From: Haliotis cracherodii
Taxonomy: Eukaryota
Assembly (NCBI RefSeq): GCF_022045235.1
Contig: NW_027266271.1
Span: 31,186,001-31,250,000 of the forward strand
DNA: 64,000 bases
Direction: 5' to 3'
Positions 39,240-52,800 of this stretch are shown here, one piece after another. The position numbers were made by a program, and so were the translations under genes. Below the pieces are notes generated by a model. That model was not told where the DNA came from. It was given only the letters and a program-made list of their open reading frames with translations, and did no database searches. How positions within the stretch are numbered: position 1 is the first letter of the stretch; the number at the start of each line of letters is the position of its first letter.

Positions 39240-39950
39240 ATAATCCATTCAGGTGGTGTCAATGATAACATGAACATGTGTGGGTGGACATCACCTTGAA
39301 TGTTGATGGAGACAATCAAGAATCAACCTTGAACTGTCCATTAGAGAAAAAGAAGAGATCTCGTGACATTAGATCCAAAATGTGGCATAATATTGCTGAT
39401 CCATCTCAGTGCCGTTTGCAGGTGTATAAGATGTATGCCTCCACTCATCCACTCGACTACGGTCGAGATGTTGATCCCTTTTACATCGGCAAAGACACTT
39501 CAGGCATGCCTTAACCTTACGATCACTAGTTTATCCGATATCGTATTGGGAAAAACAAACTTTCCTCCCTCGTGAATAACGTGTGCGATGCCGCCAGACA
39601 ATAATGTTCCACCAATCTAAATAATGCAGATACCTGTCACAAATAAAATCATTCTGTGAACGATTCCTGCCAACATAATTTCAGGAAAAACTCCATCCCA
39701 CACTATGACATCCCGGTTCATTGATCAAACACCCATCATGCAGAGCGATCCCTCCTGTAATTTCCAAATCGCCAGTAGACAACATAGTCAGTTGTCTCAC
39801 ATTATAAATGTTGCTGATGGCACTATGTTTGCTGGCAACACAACTGGAGGAAACATTACGATTAATCTGGATAAGCCCGATGCCAGTCAAAACACTCCGG
39901 ATTATCATCCAAACTGACAGTGACGCTGACAAAAGCATACTCTGACCTCT
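39240..39950 (+). mobile_element. Decayed Crypton-like (DUF3504-type) fragment
   Basis: KMW...QCRLQVYKMYAS..P...DPFY and C-terminal MFAGN..GGNITIN. Confidence 0.5.
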
Positions 39951-40617
39951 TGCCCTGCTAGAAATTTTTCAAATGAGAGGTGGTTTGATTCGAAAACTAA
40001 ATATCAGTGAAATTATAGCAGAGATATAATCAAATGACACAGAATAGTTGTTGTTACCGTATTAAAGTTTCAAGTATTTTCCAAAACTTTGTTTAAGTAT
40101 TTTTTATTAAATATTCCGAAGAACTTTTTTTCTCAGCGAATAAATGTGCACAAAAAGAGTTAACAGGTTTCTTTCTGTTGTTTTTAGAAGTTGGAGTGAT
40201 GAAGTAAGACGAGTTCTATGGATGAACAACTTCTTTATTACAATTAGTTAACAGGTTGTTTGGTTTGGTTCCAAATAACTTCACACGGCAATGGAAAACA
40301 TGTATCACTACGCAAAAGGATATCATGTAAGTGTTTTATTTTAATTGTGATCCATGTATTTCTTAAAATGGAAACATTAATGTGAAAATGATAAATAGAA
40401 TACATCACCAGTTTTTTTTAATATGAGATATATCAAGTTCGTCCCAAAGGTTCGGCAAATACCGATTGACTTAAAGATATTTCCCATATTAAAACAAGCA
40501 TCCTCTTTTTTTATTTTGGTATGGTTGAATCGCCCTCGTCGTTTATATAGGTCATTCATATAGGTAAATAAAAGCGACACAGTCGATTGGAAGGCCAGCC
40601 TTCTCCGTACTCTCTAC

Positions 40618-41130
40618 ATCCAGGGCGAGCATTTCGATAAACCTACACTAAATCCGGGACCCATCCCCGTGGTTCTCACAATATTAAATTACATGCCCCT
40701 GATTTTCATTAACATTATACCGACCAATCAAACGTGGGAAAAAGAAAATGGGGAAGGGAGGTAACTCGTATTCCTAGAAACCAAAGCCACCACCAGTCTC
40801 AAAAGACACACAGATATCCTTTCCATCTAAAAGATGTTTTAGGGCTTTTTTTGTGTGTCATCAGTTTTTCAACGTTGAATTTCTCGCAAACACTATCGTA
40901 ATCAATGGGACTGGCCGCCTATCGTAATCGATGGGACTGGCCGCTATGTTGTTGATATCGCCAACCCAACATTGATGCTTGTTTGTAACTCACATTCCGA
41001 TTGGTAGTTAGATCTTAGCGTAGCTAATGAAACTGACTGAATGACATCAAGGGCTTTTAATTTGAGATCGTGAGAACCACGGGGAAGGGTCCAGGGCTTA
41101 GTGTAGGTTTACCAGAATGCTAGCCCTGGA
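40618..41130. mobile_element. MITE with imperfect terminal inverted repeats of about 70 bp
   Basis: tccagggc...ccgtggttctcac versus gtgagaaccacgg...gccctgga. Confidence 0.7.
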
Positions 41131-44100
41131 TATACAGAGGATGACCTTCCTCAACATGCCAGCACCTCACGCGGAATCTCTCTAATACCGGGAAGTTAAT
41201 GAAGTTTTATAACGGGGCGGCGGAATTTAGACTATCAAACACCCAGGGTAAGTCACTCTATATTAATGTCACTACCACAACTCAACATTATTCGAGCTCT
41301 CAATCAATGTTCAGTACCAATAATCATCTATAATAATTTACAGTATACACTGCCATGTTACAATGTTCAACCTTTTGGCAACCCTTTGCTCTAAATTGGT
41401 GTCTAAATCCTAATGTTTTTTGTTACTTCATCAGGTTATGTGTTTCACCTCAGACCTTTCTGAAACTCTCTAATTATATATATTTATTGTTTCCGAAGAT
41501 TATTGAGTTTTCGATGTTTCCAAATTGAGTGGAAACTTTCTTCTTGAAAATAAACGACAGAATATAGCCTTTGATTACCGATGGGATAAAGAGACAGGTG
41601 GTGAGAAACCAAATCCGTACTTCACACGTGTGTCGTACAAGGTAGACCTCGTTATATTCTTTGTGATAGGATTACTGTGACCTCGTTAACGTCACGCTGA
41701 AATATATTTCACATCCATAAACAATGTCGAAACTTATTTAGATTAATTCTTTACTAAAACAAACAATATCGTCCCAGGCATCAAATTCGGTTCACATTCT
41801 AAACTAGTTATGCATAGATGTACATGTACTCCAGACACTATATAATTGAGCTGTATCCATTTGTTATGTACGTATACATATAGACCGTGGTGCCTGTTGG
41901 CGTGATGCACCCGACCACTTTTACGATTTTCAATTTGATTTGATGGAAACTTGTCGTTGTGAGAGATGAAATCAGTTTGAACTACACTGACGGGCGAAAG
42001 AAACTTCCAACTATGCCAACTTCCAAGAATGTTTGGCGCATCAGTATATTTGGACAGATATCTAGACTTACGTTGGATGATCCGTCTGTCCCATCATGTC
42101 ACCTTCTAAGCGTACTTTGTAGCATTGTTTCCAAACGTGTTTGCATATGAATGAATATACACAACTGCACAATCCGATCACTCAAAGTCCCGATACAAAT
42201 CATAGAAAAATGTCCACGGAAGCGTGCCTGACTTTTGATTTTGTGGCCCAAAACATCACAAAGGTGAACAATAACATTCCCTACTGATCTCTAGCCTAAC
42301 ATGTTGTGCTTAGATCACGTTTGTATTTTCTTATTCTGAGAGTGTAGACCTTGCCCTCTGTTTTTAGCTGTTTGCTGATTTTCACTACAGTACAGGAACA
42401 GTCTTTGGTGAACACTCTAAATTCCGTTTGTTCAAATGGTATGGACAGAATGTAATGTCAGCTCATAGATTAAGGAGCCGCACCATGATGGTTGCAAAAC
42501 CAGGTCACGGTGGTGATCGACTGTGGGTTCAGAGAGCGGTGCTGTTTGACTTTTAAGGTTTTCTTACAGTTCTGCATACACACAGCTATGCATTTGAATG
42601 AGCATCATGCGAACAGTTCTTAAATGAAGGTCTTGAGCATTGCTGCTATCATGTTTGCAGACACAATAACTCGAACATTTTGTTAATGCGTATGAATAGA
42701 AATGTTAACAATGCCCTTGTCAGGGCGTATATCAATGTCCATGCGCAGCCAGATTATCAACCGTTTTCGCGTTATTTTATATTTTTAAATACTTTTTTTT
42801 AGCGTGAGTGATATATACAATATCACACTCATTCTTGTGAGATACCATTTTGGCGAAACTCGCGAACTTTCAATGGTATGTTATGTAGCTTTCGCATGAT
42901 CATATACCATATATGGTGCACTCGCTTCATAAAATATGTATTTAATGAGAATCAGTGTAGTATTCGCGTTTTGATGACGATATGTTATGTTTTAAATGCC
43001 GTCGGATGGCACGAGTACTGCTGTGCGGCGTAAGGCAACAAACGCAGATCTTTCACTTTTCTATTTAAATTGTGTGAGTGGCGGGTGCTACTGGTGTCAT
43101 CACCGATTGTCAGTGAACGATTCATAGAACTTAGATGACTATTTTGCCTTTTACGCCCAGTGGTATCTATTTCTCCAAAATGGTGGAAACTGATTATTTT
43201 CTGGCGTTGACGTTTTATATTTCGAATGTTATGCAATGTGCAACCAATGTAACTGATCTGTCAGTCATCGCACAATCTCCAATGCATTGTTTATTTGTCA
43301 TACTGTCCCAGTATGGGTGGAACTTCATGTAACAGCAAATCTACTTGAGTATAGGTATCATCACAGTTTGGATTGTAGAAAATAAACAATGAGTATCTTA
43401 GCAGAGCATCACAGATTGTCGATTTTAACAGATAGTATTTACATGTCCACGTGAAAGTGCTGAAATCACACGCTCTGTAATGGGATTCCTAAACAAATAT
43501 GTTTTTGGACGTGATCTAAAGCTACACGTGTAGGGTTGCATGACCAGTGTTTTCATTGCTTGATATGTAGAATTGGTTGCATCTATCTACTATATAACCT
43601 TGTGATGCTTAGCAGCTACTGGAAACGTCAGTACGTGGTCAATCTAAAAATGTTGCTATTTCCGTAATCAAATGGATAAGCATTCAGAAATCTTTTCGTT
43701 TTTTCTGTTGAGGGGGGACGATTTTACTGTTTTTCAACGATCTCATCATCTATATTTAATGCTTTATTCGTCTTTCAAATGTTGGTCAAACATTAAAGAT
43801 ATTAAATATTAAAATCTGTAAAATTGCTATGTTGTGTTTATATTTTATGGCTTCTTGTGTCATCCCGCATGTAATTATGGAGCACCTTCCACATAGCAAT
43901 ATATGAAGAGGGGCACTTAGCACCTATGGGGACACCTGGTACTTGCGATAATGTTCTATCCCTAAATTTGACACATATTGATAGTGTCAATCAAGCACAT
44001 GACTTATTTCTGAGTAGAGTTACCTTAAGCTTTAAGGTGAGGTGAGGTGAAATGGTGTTTAACGTCGCGTCCAAGATTATTGCACATATATAGCGACGTT

Positions 44101-44185
44101 TTTAAGCTTTATGCAATTAGCCATTAAACAGTCATAAAAATATATGTCCGAACTCCTTTCTTGGAAACAATATGCGATAACTTGC

Positions 44186-44332
44186 CTCTTTGGCAAGTAC
44201 CGTTCCTGCCATCCCTCCACTGTGGTGCACAGGCCCCAGGACATTCTCCTGTGGTGGAGTTACACACGGCCCCTCCTTCACAGTGACAGGAATAGCTACA
44301 GGAGTCTCCGAACTTTCCTAGAGGGCAGGTAC
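44186..44332 (-). CDS. Gene A exon 2, EGF/laminin-EGF-like repeat (TCPLGKFGDSCSYSCHCEGGAVCNSTTGECPGACAPQWRDGRNGTCQR)
   Basis: 8 Cys MEGF-type spacing; cacag acceptor; 147 nt, phase 1-1; non-canonical donor AG|GCAAGT. Confidence 0.82.
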
Positions 44333-44576
44333 CTGTGAGTACATAAAAGTCAATAAGAGTAAATATAAAGAGCATATTGTTGGTCGTGTGTTTGTTTTAT
44401 CAGACATTGCTTCTAGAATGTATACCCGTTTTGGTTTCTTGTAATATATACTTTGTGTATGCCTTATGACGTATTATAGCAAAACGTAAGATATATATGT
44501 TCTGGAAGTATCACGTAATACATACAGGTAAAAGTCTTTTACTCCATCTATCGAACTGGATATATAGAGATTACAA

Positions 44577-44700
44577 CACGAGTGTCTGTCAGATACCATT
44601 GATCTTACAACGAGTTGTTTCAAAACGTATCTAACGAGCGAAAGCGATACCCTTTGTAACAACGAGTTGTAAGATCAATGGTATCTGACATGCACGAGTG
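44577..44700. repeat. Long hairpin/palindrome
   Basis: tgtcagataccattgatcttacaac pairs with gttgtaagatcaatggtatctgaca. Confidence 0.8.
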
Positions 44701-47700
44701 CAGTAATCTGTTTCCTACACACCCTTAAATCGCACCTTTTTAGCATCGAACCGATGATTTTTGTCTATTCTGATGATTGCAGTGTCCCTTTAATACATAA
44801 CACCACTGTCATAAGTGACGTCATCCTATGTGCTGCATACTACTCATAAATAATGTGACCCTACACAAAAGGTTTCCGTCATATCTGTGGATTTTCAAGG
44901 CGATGATGAAAATGCAAACTAGACAAAAACCAAGAACACGCTGGGTGCCAAGTTGAAAGTTCAATCTCAAAGAAATTACCAAATATTGTACAGCAATGTT
45001 TACTTCCGTATGACATCACTACCGGTGACCGACATTTACAAAATGGCTTGTTCACTGACAACAGTACGCGGGATTTCCAGAGGAGGTTTTCGTTGATTGA
45101 GGGATCGTATATACATAAATGTGTCACGTAAGTAATCAGAAACATTCTGACAATCTGCGTGCTGTTATTTGTTTTACCATGTTTTCCAATGTAACAAAGA
45201 GAATTAGTCAGAAATGCAGATAACTACCGCCATCGTTGTGCGTGATTTAGCGTCAGTCATGGCGTCACACAGACGGAAACTTTTACGGCTTCAGTTGAAT
45301 TTACCACATCATTGTAATGTATATATGTGTAATTCCATAATTAGTGCAACGACACTCTTCCCATGAATATTCTCAAACGCGTGATCGAGCCAGTGTATGC
45401 AACAATTAGACGAAAGTACCTCTAAAAATGCTACACAGTGTAAAATCTGAATTTTGCTTTGTTTACATTTCAGCAAGTACAGTTTTCCGAGCACAGTTTT
45501 CGTTTCCATACCTAATTTATTTCGCATTGGTGACAAAGACCATTTATCCATTGTTTCGAAAATGTATGAGGAATTCAGGGATGCATGTATGGCAGCGGAG
45601 TTTGAAATATACCTGATCGAACAGGCGTCTCATATTCGGCATTTTGTAAACACAATCCAATATGGCGGAACGTAAACATTCTAAACGATTCTAGGCTTAT
45701 CAGCGACGTTTCAGAATTATCATTAGTGATTTGATACCCTTGATCGCTAATATGCTATTTTTCTACTATTATTATTCGAGTGAATATCCGATATTTAAAT
45801 TTCTAAACACACAGTAAATATTTATATAACGCCGTGAATTGTGATTTGGCGAGATTTACAATGTACCTAACTTTCAGTCACTTTCAATAATTTTGAATTG
45901 CCTAAAATGACAGTAAATGATAAACAGAAGGGGGAATTCAAAACTGTGAAGTGTATTAGTCTGCGTGGTGTATTTTGAATTTTATTCCATTTCGAAGTGA
46001 GGGTTAAAGATGAGGGACATATGTGTCGCTGTGGCATCCAGGGGGTTTACACTCTGAAAAAACGATAATGTTTACATAACAACAGATAATGTAACTGATT
46101 ATAATAACAAACAAACTCGCAGACGAGGACGAGTTTGTTTATTTTTATTATTAATTACACGGTCCTGTTGTTCAGTACAGACGAAGGTGAACATTCGACT
46201 GAAGCATCAGCAACTTATGAATGAGATACACTCAGGAAAGTAGTCCGTCATCATCTGACCCCAGGTCATCACCATGGAGTGGCCAATCACGGGCCTGGAA
46301 TTCGATCTCACACATATGTTTGATACCAGTTATCTCATATGGGTTTCTCACCCACAGGTGTGCAAGATTATGATTTGGGAATGATGCATCAGTTAGCATG
46401 AAGGAATTTTTCAATGTGTACAGTTCCAATCGCCTTGCCAGTTTCATGTAGCAATGATAATGCTTTTGGGGAGCACCAATTGATGAGAATGAAATATTGA
46501 TGAAGAGCTACAAATTTATATTTTGAATGAAACTTGAGTGACGGAATCAACAGAGACTAAGATAAGTGTTATTTCGAGTGTTGCTATATACTAGTATCAT
46601 GGTACACTATGTTAGCGCTAAGATTATCGTAAGCCTGTGTTAAAGTATGGGAGTTGGGGTCATCTTAGCGCTGAGATCGCTTTGTGCAAGGGTGCCCTGG
46701 TGATACTAATGATAGCATGGTCCCGTTGTTCAGGACACAGCCAAGGGTAGAAATGTATTGCACACGTGTTGCTGTCTCATCACAATGCAGTTTCGTGTAG
46801 ACACCTATTCTCCTAAAAAGGACAACCTGATTCTTTCATATTACCATAGTTAATCTGTCATGCCATGATGGGGTTGGTAGAGTATAATTAAATGAGGTAG
46901 ATTTTGGAAAATGTAGTTCTATTAGCTTAAGTACTTCAGAGCATGTTTATTCTATTCAAATGTCGTGGAAAGATACATTTGCTTACAACTAAACTTTTGG
47001 ATCAACGTCTCACCATCAAAGGCCTGGTTAAATCATTGTAGAAAGTGTTTGGAAGACACTCGGTGCAGTTTACTAAATGTAACCTTTACATGGAGTTTTC
47101 ACACCTCCTTACTCACTGGCACACAATTGTTATTGAAATTTGCGGATGCTACTGGTAGAGCAGGACATGCTTACCCTATCGCGGACACCTGGTGTCACCA
47201 CTGATTTCAGTGCTATTTTGCCTTCTACGTCCTTTAAAATAGCTATCGGCAGATGTTCAAGACTGATAACTTTATTGCACTGACGTTTTGAATTAATTAA
47301 ATTCCAATATATATAACATCATACAAATCCAGAGGTATTGTTTAGCGAGTTCATGCATGATCCTTAAGTGTAAATGTCCGTCACTGTTGTGGACCGTGTG
47401 GCCTGTGGCCGGTATTCCATACTTTACTACTACCTATTGGACATACATGACTTTTTCCGGAACCTGTTTACTGAATCTCTATACCAATTCTAATAATATA
47501 TGTACAAAAAAGGGTTATGAAAATACTTTATGTATCCTACCATGAATTGAAATAGAATTGGGGTTCAAGAATGGTTAACACACTTTCGCGAGAGCCAGAT
47601 CCCAACATTGAACCATCCTTCACAATCCTGCCAAAGTGCACATTGAAGAATTTCAATTGAATATTATATCCCTAATTCCCAAACTATTAACTTTATATTT

Positions 47701-48430
47701 CGAGTGAAAATAGAACAGTTACATCATGGCGACGGTTAATAATCGAGTCTGGCCCAGGCAAACCATTGGTGTAATGCATCACACATCATTTTCTTAATTT
47801 AACGACTCCATCCGCATTAGTCGGAGAATCATGTTGGACTGAGGAGCTAGTCTTCCCAGAATATCCTTGGGGTAAATATCATAGATATATGTATGATATT
47901 GTTTGTCAAATTGCTATGTTCCTCCACAGTCATAACAGAAAGTGTTATAGAGTTCAGTGTTATGGATGCGATAAACCAATCCTATAAACTTGGTCACGAT
48001 CCGATAAATATGCAAATGACGTCATCTTGGAGGAACTACTTGTAATAAACTTATACAAAGATGTGAAGCCAACTTGGTCAAAAGGCTTTACATGACATAC
48101 CACAAAAGTACACAGGGTGAGTGTAAACCAACATGACTGCATGTCTTTGTTTCTTCGATTGTTTTAAACATGACATTAAATCATAAAGAATTTATCACCT
48201 CCGTGTGTTTCCGTATCGTAAATATTATTTATGAGGAATATGAAGTTGGTATTATCCCCGCCACTCCAAGGATAGACTGTTTTTCCAGATATGTGATATT
48301 TACAATACGGAATCTCACGCAACTAATAATCTCTATTTATGGCATATAGGAATGAAATAATTGATTTTGTGTTTCCTGTCATGGCAAATCCATTTGTGGT
48401 GAAAATAATTTCATTGTCAAACATACTCAC

Positions 48431-48497
48431 TCAGTGTAAAACACATACAGCAAGCTAATCCCAGGACAGCAAAACACAAACCGCAGGAGGCCGCCAT
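48431..48497 (-). CDS. Gene A exon 1, signal peptide MAASCGLCFAVLGLACCMCFTL
   Basis: aacATGGCG start context, hydrophobic core, donor A|GTGAGT in phase 1 matching exon 2. Confidence 0.75.
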
Positions 48498-49364
48498 GTT
48501 GGGTCTAAAGGGAATGGGAAACGTCAACGCAGGAAGAAATCAACCGAACGAAACTGTTCCTGATAACTGTATTTATAATATAATGGCTAGTGTTATAATA
48601 GTTATAAACTTGGTATCACGATCAGATAAATATGCAAATGAGGTCGTCACGCAGGAACTACTTTCAAGCCCCATACATGAACTTCGATACACTGCCTTCT
48701 TCCTCAAAACACTGTTGACTAACATTCCCAAATATGCTTATATATGGCTTCTCAATGTGTGGCTGACTGCAAGTTTATTTGTTGCTATATGTTAAAATGG
48801 GCGATTCACTCAAACATTGTATTTGTACGTGGTTTCGAAAGCTACTTCATTGAGTTTAAATTAGCCCTTAAACATAAATCATTTCAGACCTTCGTGTGTT
48901 TCCGTATCATAAACATCATATATTTGGAGTATAACCTATGTATTCATATGGAAAAACAATCGGCTAATGCGTTCAATGTATTTTGTTTATGAAACAAATT
49001 GAAAAGTATTTTGCAATGAAATGGATCAGAACTAAGAGGCCAATCACGGGTGAATGAATGAATAAATATTTATGAAATGGCTGCGTAGGCTTTAAACGAT
49101 AAAGGAAACCAGCTGACGTCACTGATAGTTGATAGGTGATGTGATTTTAAATGGGTTTCAACCTCGCGTTCAACATAATTGCACACATATCGCGATGATC
49201 GTGTGTGTGCTTGTCGGTGTGCGAGGGTGGATCGATGGATGGTTGCAGGTTCGAGAATATCGTCCTTATCGCAGTGGGGTACATCGACCTCATCGCAGTG
49301 CAATCTCATTAACAATAGCGGTAGCGAGAGCTAAGATCTGATTTTAATGAGACTGTATCATAGT

Positions 49365-49660
49365 GCCGAACATCGTCCTTAACGCAGTGGAGAACATCAT
49401 CCTTATCACAGTGGAGTGCATCGTCCTTATCGCAGTGGAGAACATCGTCCTTATTGCAATTGAGAACATCGTCCTCATCGCAGTGGAGAACTTCGTCCTT
49501 ATCGCAGTGGAGAACATCGTCCTTATCGCAGTGCAGAACATCGGCTTATCGCAGTGGAGATCATCATCTTTATCACAGTGGAGGACATCATCCTTATCGC
49601 AGTGGAGAACATCGTCCTTATTGCAATTGAGAACATCGTCCTCATCTCAGTGGAGAACAT
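49365..49660. repeat. 24-bp minisatellite (atcgtccttatcgcagtggagaac)n, about 12 units
   Basis: Direct tandem repetition; degenerate units also near 49260-49300. Confidence 0.9.
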
Positions 49661-52489
49661 GTCCACACATCACCCATCATTATAAATGCTTCAGATATGT
49701 GAATAATAAATTGAATGTTAACTAAATTGATCACATGAAGACACATCGTATGTTACTTTCCTAACTGTAGAATCATCAGTATCAAATCAACTAGGTATTG
49801 TGAAAAAGGTCCTCAAGGACTAGCAGGAAGCTTCTAATGTTGCTAATGGGGACATCAGCTCCATATTTTCCGACCGCTTGCGACGTTCAGTCGTGTTGTT
49901 TCAATAATGTGTGTAATTTTGTATACAATCGGACGTTTGGTTACTCAACTGAAAGTCTCCATGATAAAGTGTACCTTGCGAACTTGCAATGAACGGAATA
50001 AAAAATAAACTAAATCTAATTAGCTCAAGGGTCTTGTATAGACGTCGATGTGTAACAGAGAGCAAACACAGTATAAAAGAAAAGTGGGACTGAGTTATTA
50101 GTTTCCAATCAATATAGTAGAGGTATGTGATTTTCAACCGTGCAACGCCAATGTATAAGGCCAGATTAGGACAAAGTCACATTGATAGTTCAGTAAACTT
50201 CCATCCCTACGAAAGAAGTTTCCTCATTTGCATGTTTATCAGATCGTGATGCCAAGTTTATTGGATCGGTTTATCGCATCGATAACATTATTCATTATAT
50301 AATACAAAAATAATATCATGAAATGACTAATTCTAAATGATATTGTTTGGTTTCTACCTGAAATCCTAGACATGTACATGTACAAACGAGTGGTGTAAGT
50401 GTTTATCTTGTTTGTAGTGAGCGTATTGTTCATATAAGAAGCAAGCTCGTAGGTTCACATGAAAGTTTATCCATCGCTTTTAAATCGTTCACACTTCAAT
50501 GAACCCATCCAAACTGGGGTTCAATTCTTATAATTTCTTACTTTTTAGTCTATTGGTATCGCCGAATAATATCGTAACAACGTTTGCTTAAATTTGAAAT
50601 TCTCTGGTTTCGTGGAAGAACATTGCAACAATGTTATTTTGTCGGCCAGCTCTCGGTCACATACGTTTCCCCACTCATACTCAGTTACGCAACGAAAAAA
50701 GGTTCTATGAATATATACAACATAATCTGAACATGTGTCAAAATCAACATAATTTTAATCTCTGAACACATTGACAAACGACATTTGGAATTAATGAAAT
50801 CTTAAAAATAGGCAACAGGAAAGTGAGCATGAGGTTGAAATTTATATTTAGTGCCGTTGAAAATGTTTATGGGACAGTTTTGGAAAATACCCCAGCGCAT
50901 GAACCCTCTCATGGCACTAGCAAATTGGGAATATCACTGATTTATGAATGTGTTGCTTCTGTTTGGATAATCGCAAACCAATTCGGGCGAAGTGGAATGG
51001 ACTGGTGGGGATTGAATGGAGTGCTCTGAAACTTGTGTGTTTTGTGTTAATTCCCAACGTCAGGGTGTGTTATATTTGGAGTTTGTGATTTGTCGCGTGT
51101 GCTGTAATACTTCACTTGGCTGGTGTTTCTTGTCAACTGAAATGGACCTACTGTATGACCTGATGCCATCTCCTTTTCTGTGCCCCGTCCTTCCTCATGT
51201 GCCGCCGCTTCTCGGCCTAGAATGTCGGCCAACTCAGCAACCGGAATAGTAATTCCGTCTACGTGTATTTTCTCGTCCCCGATGACCTATCGGTAAAACA
51301 GGTAGGCAAGCATTTTTGTTTTTTCAAAATTTAAGTTTCTTTCCTTACCTTTTTATGTCTTATTTTTTAAAAGCTAGATCAATTTTATTTGTCTTACCAT
51401 AGAACATTTTCATTGAGCCTATTAATTTAGTGTTTTTCATTTTAGATTTGCTGTGTCTTGGTTTCTCAAAATCTTGGAGTTTTTTCCGATACGTCTAGTT
51501 TGGGATTGATCAGGGGCAGTCACTTTGATCTGTGTCGGCGGCCACATCTGAGCAGGGTAGATCTAGTCAACAACATTGTTAAATTTCATTCGCATTGTCT
51601 TGGTGCTAGATTCCTGTCATTTCCGAAAACAAAGCATGAAAGTCAATATGGCTCAACAAATCAATTTCGATCACCTCAGTAATTTTACAGTATTCATTGT
51701 CTTCACTTGCGTTATTTGTATTCATAGATAGCCATTCCATATCCAAATCACCGAAGGACAATTCATTTTGTTTCATGTAGCAGCTAGACAACACCAGACC
51801 CAAAGCATTATATTTTATGTCAGATGATATGTTACAAGACCAGGCAAAAATACTAGATTAATTATATTGCTGTTAAATGCAGGTATTAAAAAGAAAAAAG
51901 AAAATCGAGTTGATCCTAAACGCCGATGGAGATAACTGTTAGAAAACAAAGTAGTGTAACTACTTGTGTGAAACCAAAGCCATTTTCATTTAACGATTCA
52001 CACTACTTCATAAGCATGTGTTTATTAATCACTATAAAAATGTGATACCAGGTGTTCACGAAAATGTCAGCGTATCCTGCTCCTTCGGTGGCACTCGTCA
52101 AAAATACATGCAAAGGCATGTTAGTTGTTCACGTGAAAAAGACGGGAATATATGGTTCAAGTCAAACTAGGGACATTATTTGATCACTAATGCGTCAAAC
52201 GTCCTTCACATGTCTACCATCATACTTTTTGAAAGCTTTACTGATGCCTTGAATGTTGTACCCTGTTTACACAACATGTGCACAAGCGTTGTAAGACATC
52301 TTCAAAGACAGAGCATGCTCCATTGTACCTCACAAGTTGAGAAATGTAGACACCAAAACCTGGTGCTTATAGCTGCTTGGAATTATGGTTTTCATCGAAA
52401 TACATTATTTAGAATAACCATTCTTGCCGAATATAAATTTGAATATTATCATCTAGCATGCATAAGCGCTTTATAGTTTCAAAATGGGC

Positions 52490-52800
52490 TTTACGAGGAA
52501 GAATATTTTGGAGTATTACTGGAGGATGGGGACGGTTGTTGTGCCCCCTCAAACGGTTGCGTACGGTTCTGCCACAAATTGGTCTCAAATCCAGGAATTG
52601 CCCAGGCTGTTAATATGGCAGTTTGGTAATCGATCCGTAGATGCACCAACCGAATATGGTTGTCCTTTTGTCGTGACGCCATACGTGGACGACCGGTCAT
52701 ACATGCACTCAAGTCATGAGCGTTGCCTTGCTGGAGAAGTCTTCAGAGATGAAATTGTGTTTCGATGAACAGTAAAATATCTGTCAACTTTCTTTTTTTA
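52490..52800 (-). mobile_element. Degenerate Tc1-like transposase N-terminal fragment
   Basis: GRPRMASRQKDNHIRLVHLR...TA..IPG motif. Confidence 0.7.

Larger units (their letters stand above)
471..48497 (-). other. Gene A span: receptor-type protein tyrosine phosphatase with EGF repeats and an F-type lectin ectodomain (19 exons in window, 3' end outside window)
   Basis: Manually chained exons have compatible phases and join into one 2383-nt open frame (about 794 codons): signal peptide-EGF-FTLD-EGF x3-TM-juxtamembrane-PTP D1. Confidence 0.88.

Noticed and set aside
47960-48142. MQSCWFTLTLCTFVV as the signal-peptide exon
   Set aside because: Its donors are phase 0, incompatible with exon 2; 48431-48497 has a better start context and a phase-1 donor
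49344-49725. Repetitive ORFs (IVLIAVEN)n and (MFSTAIRT)n
   Set aside because: Translation of a 24-bp minisatellite with no splice or start context
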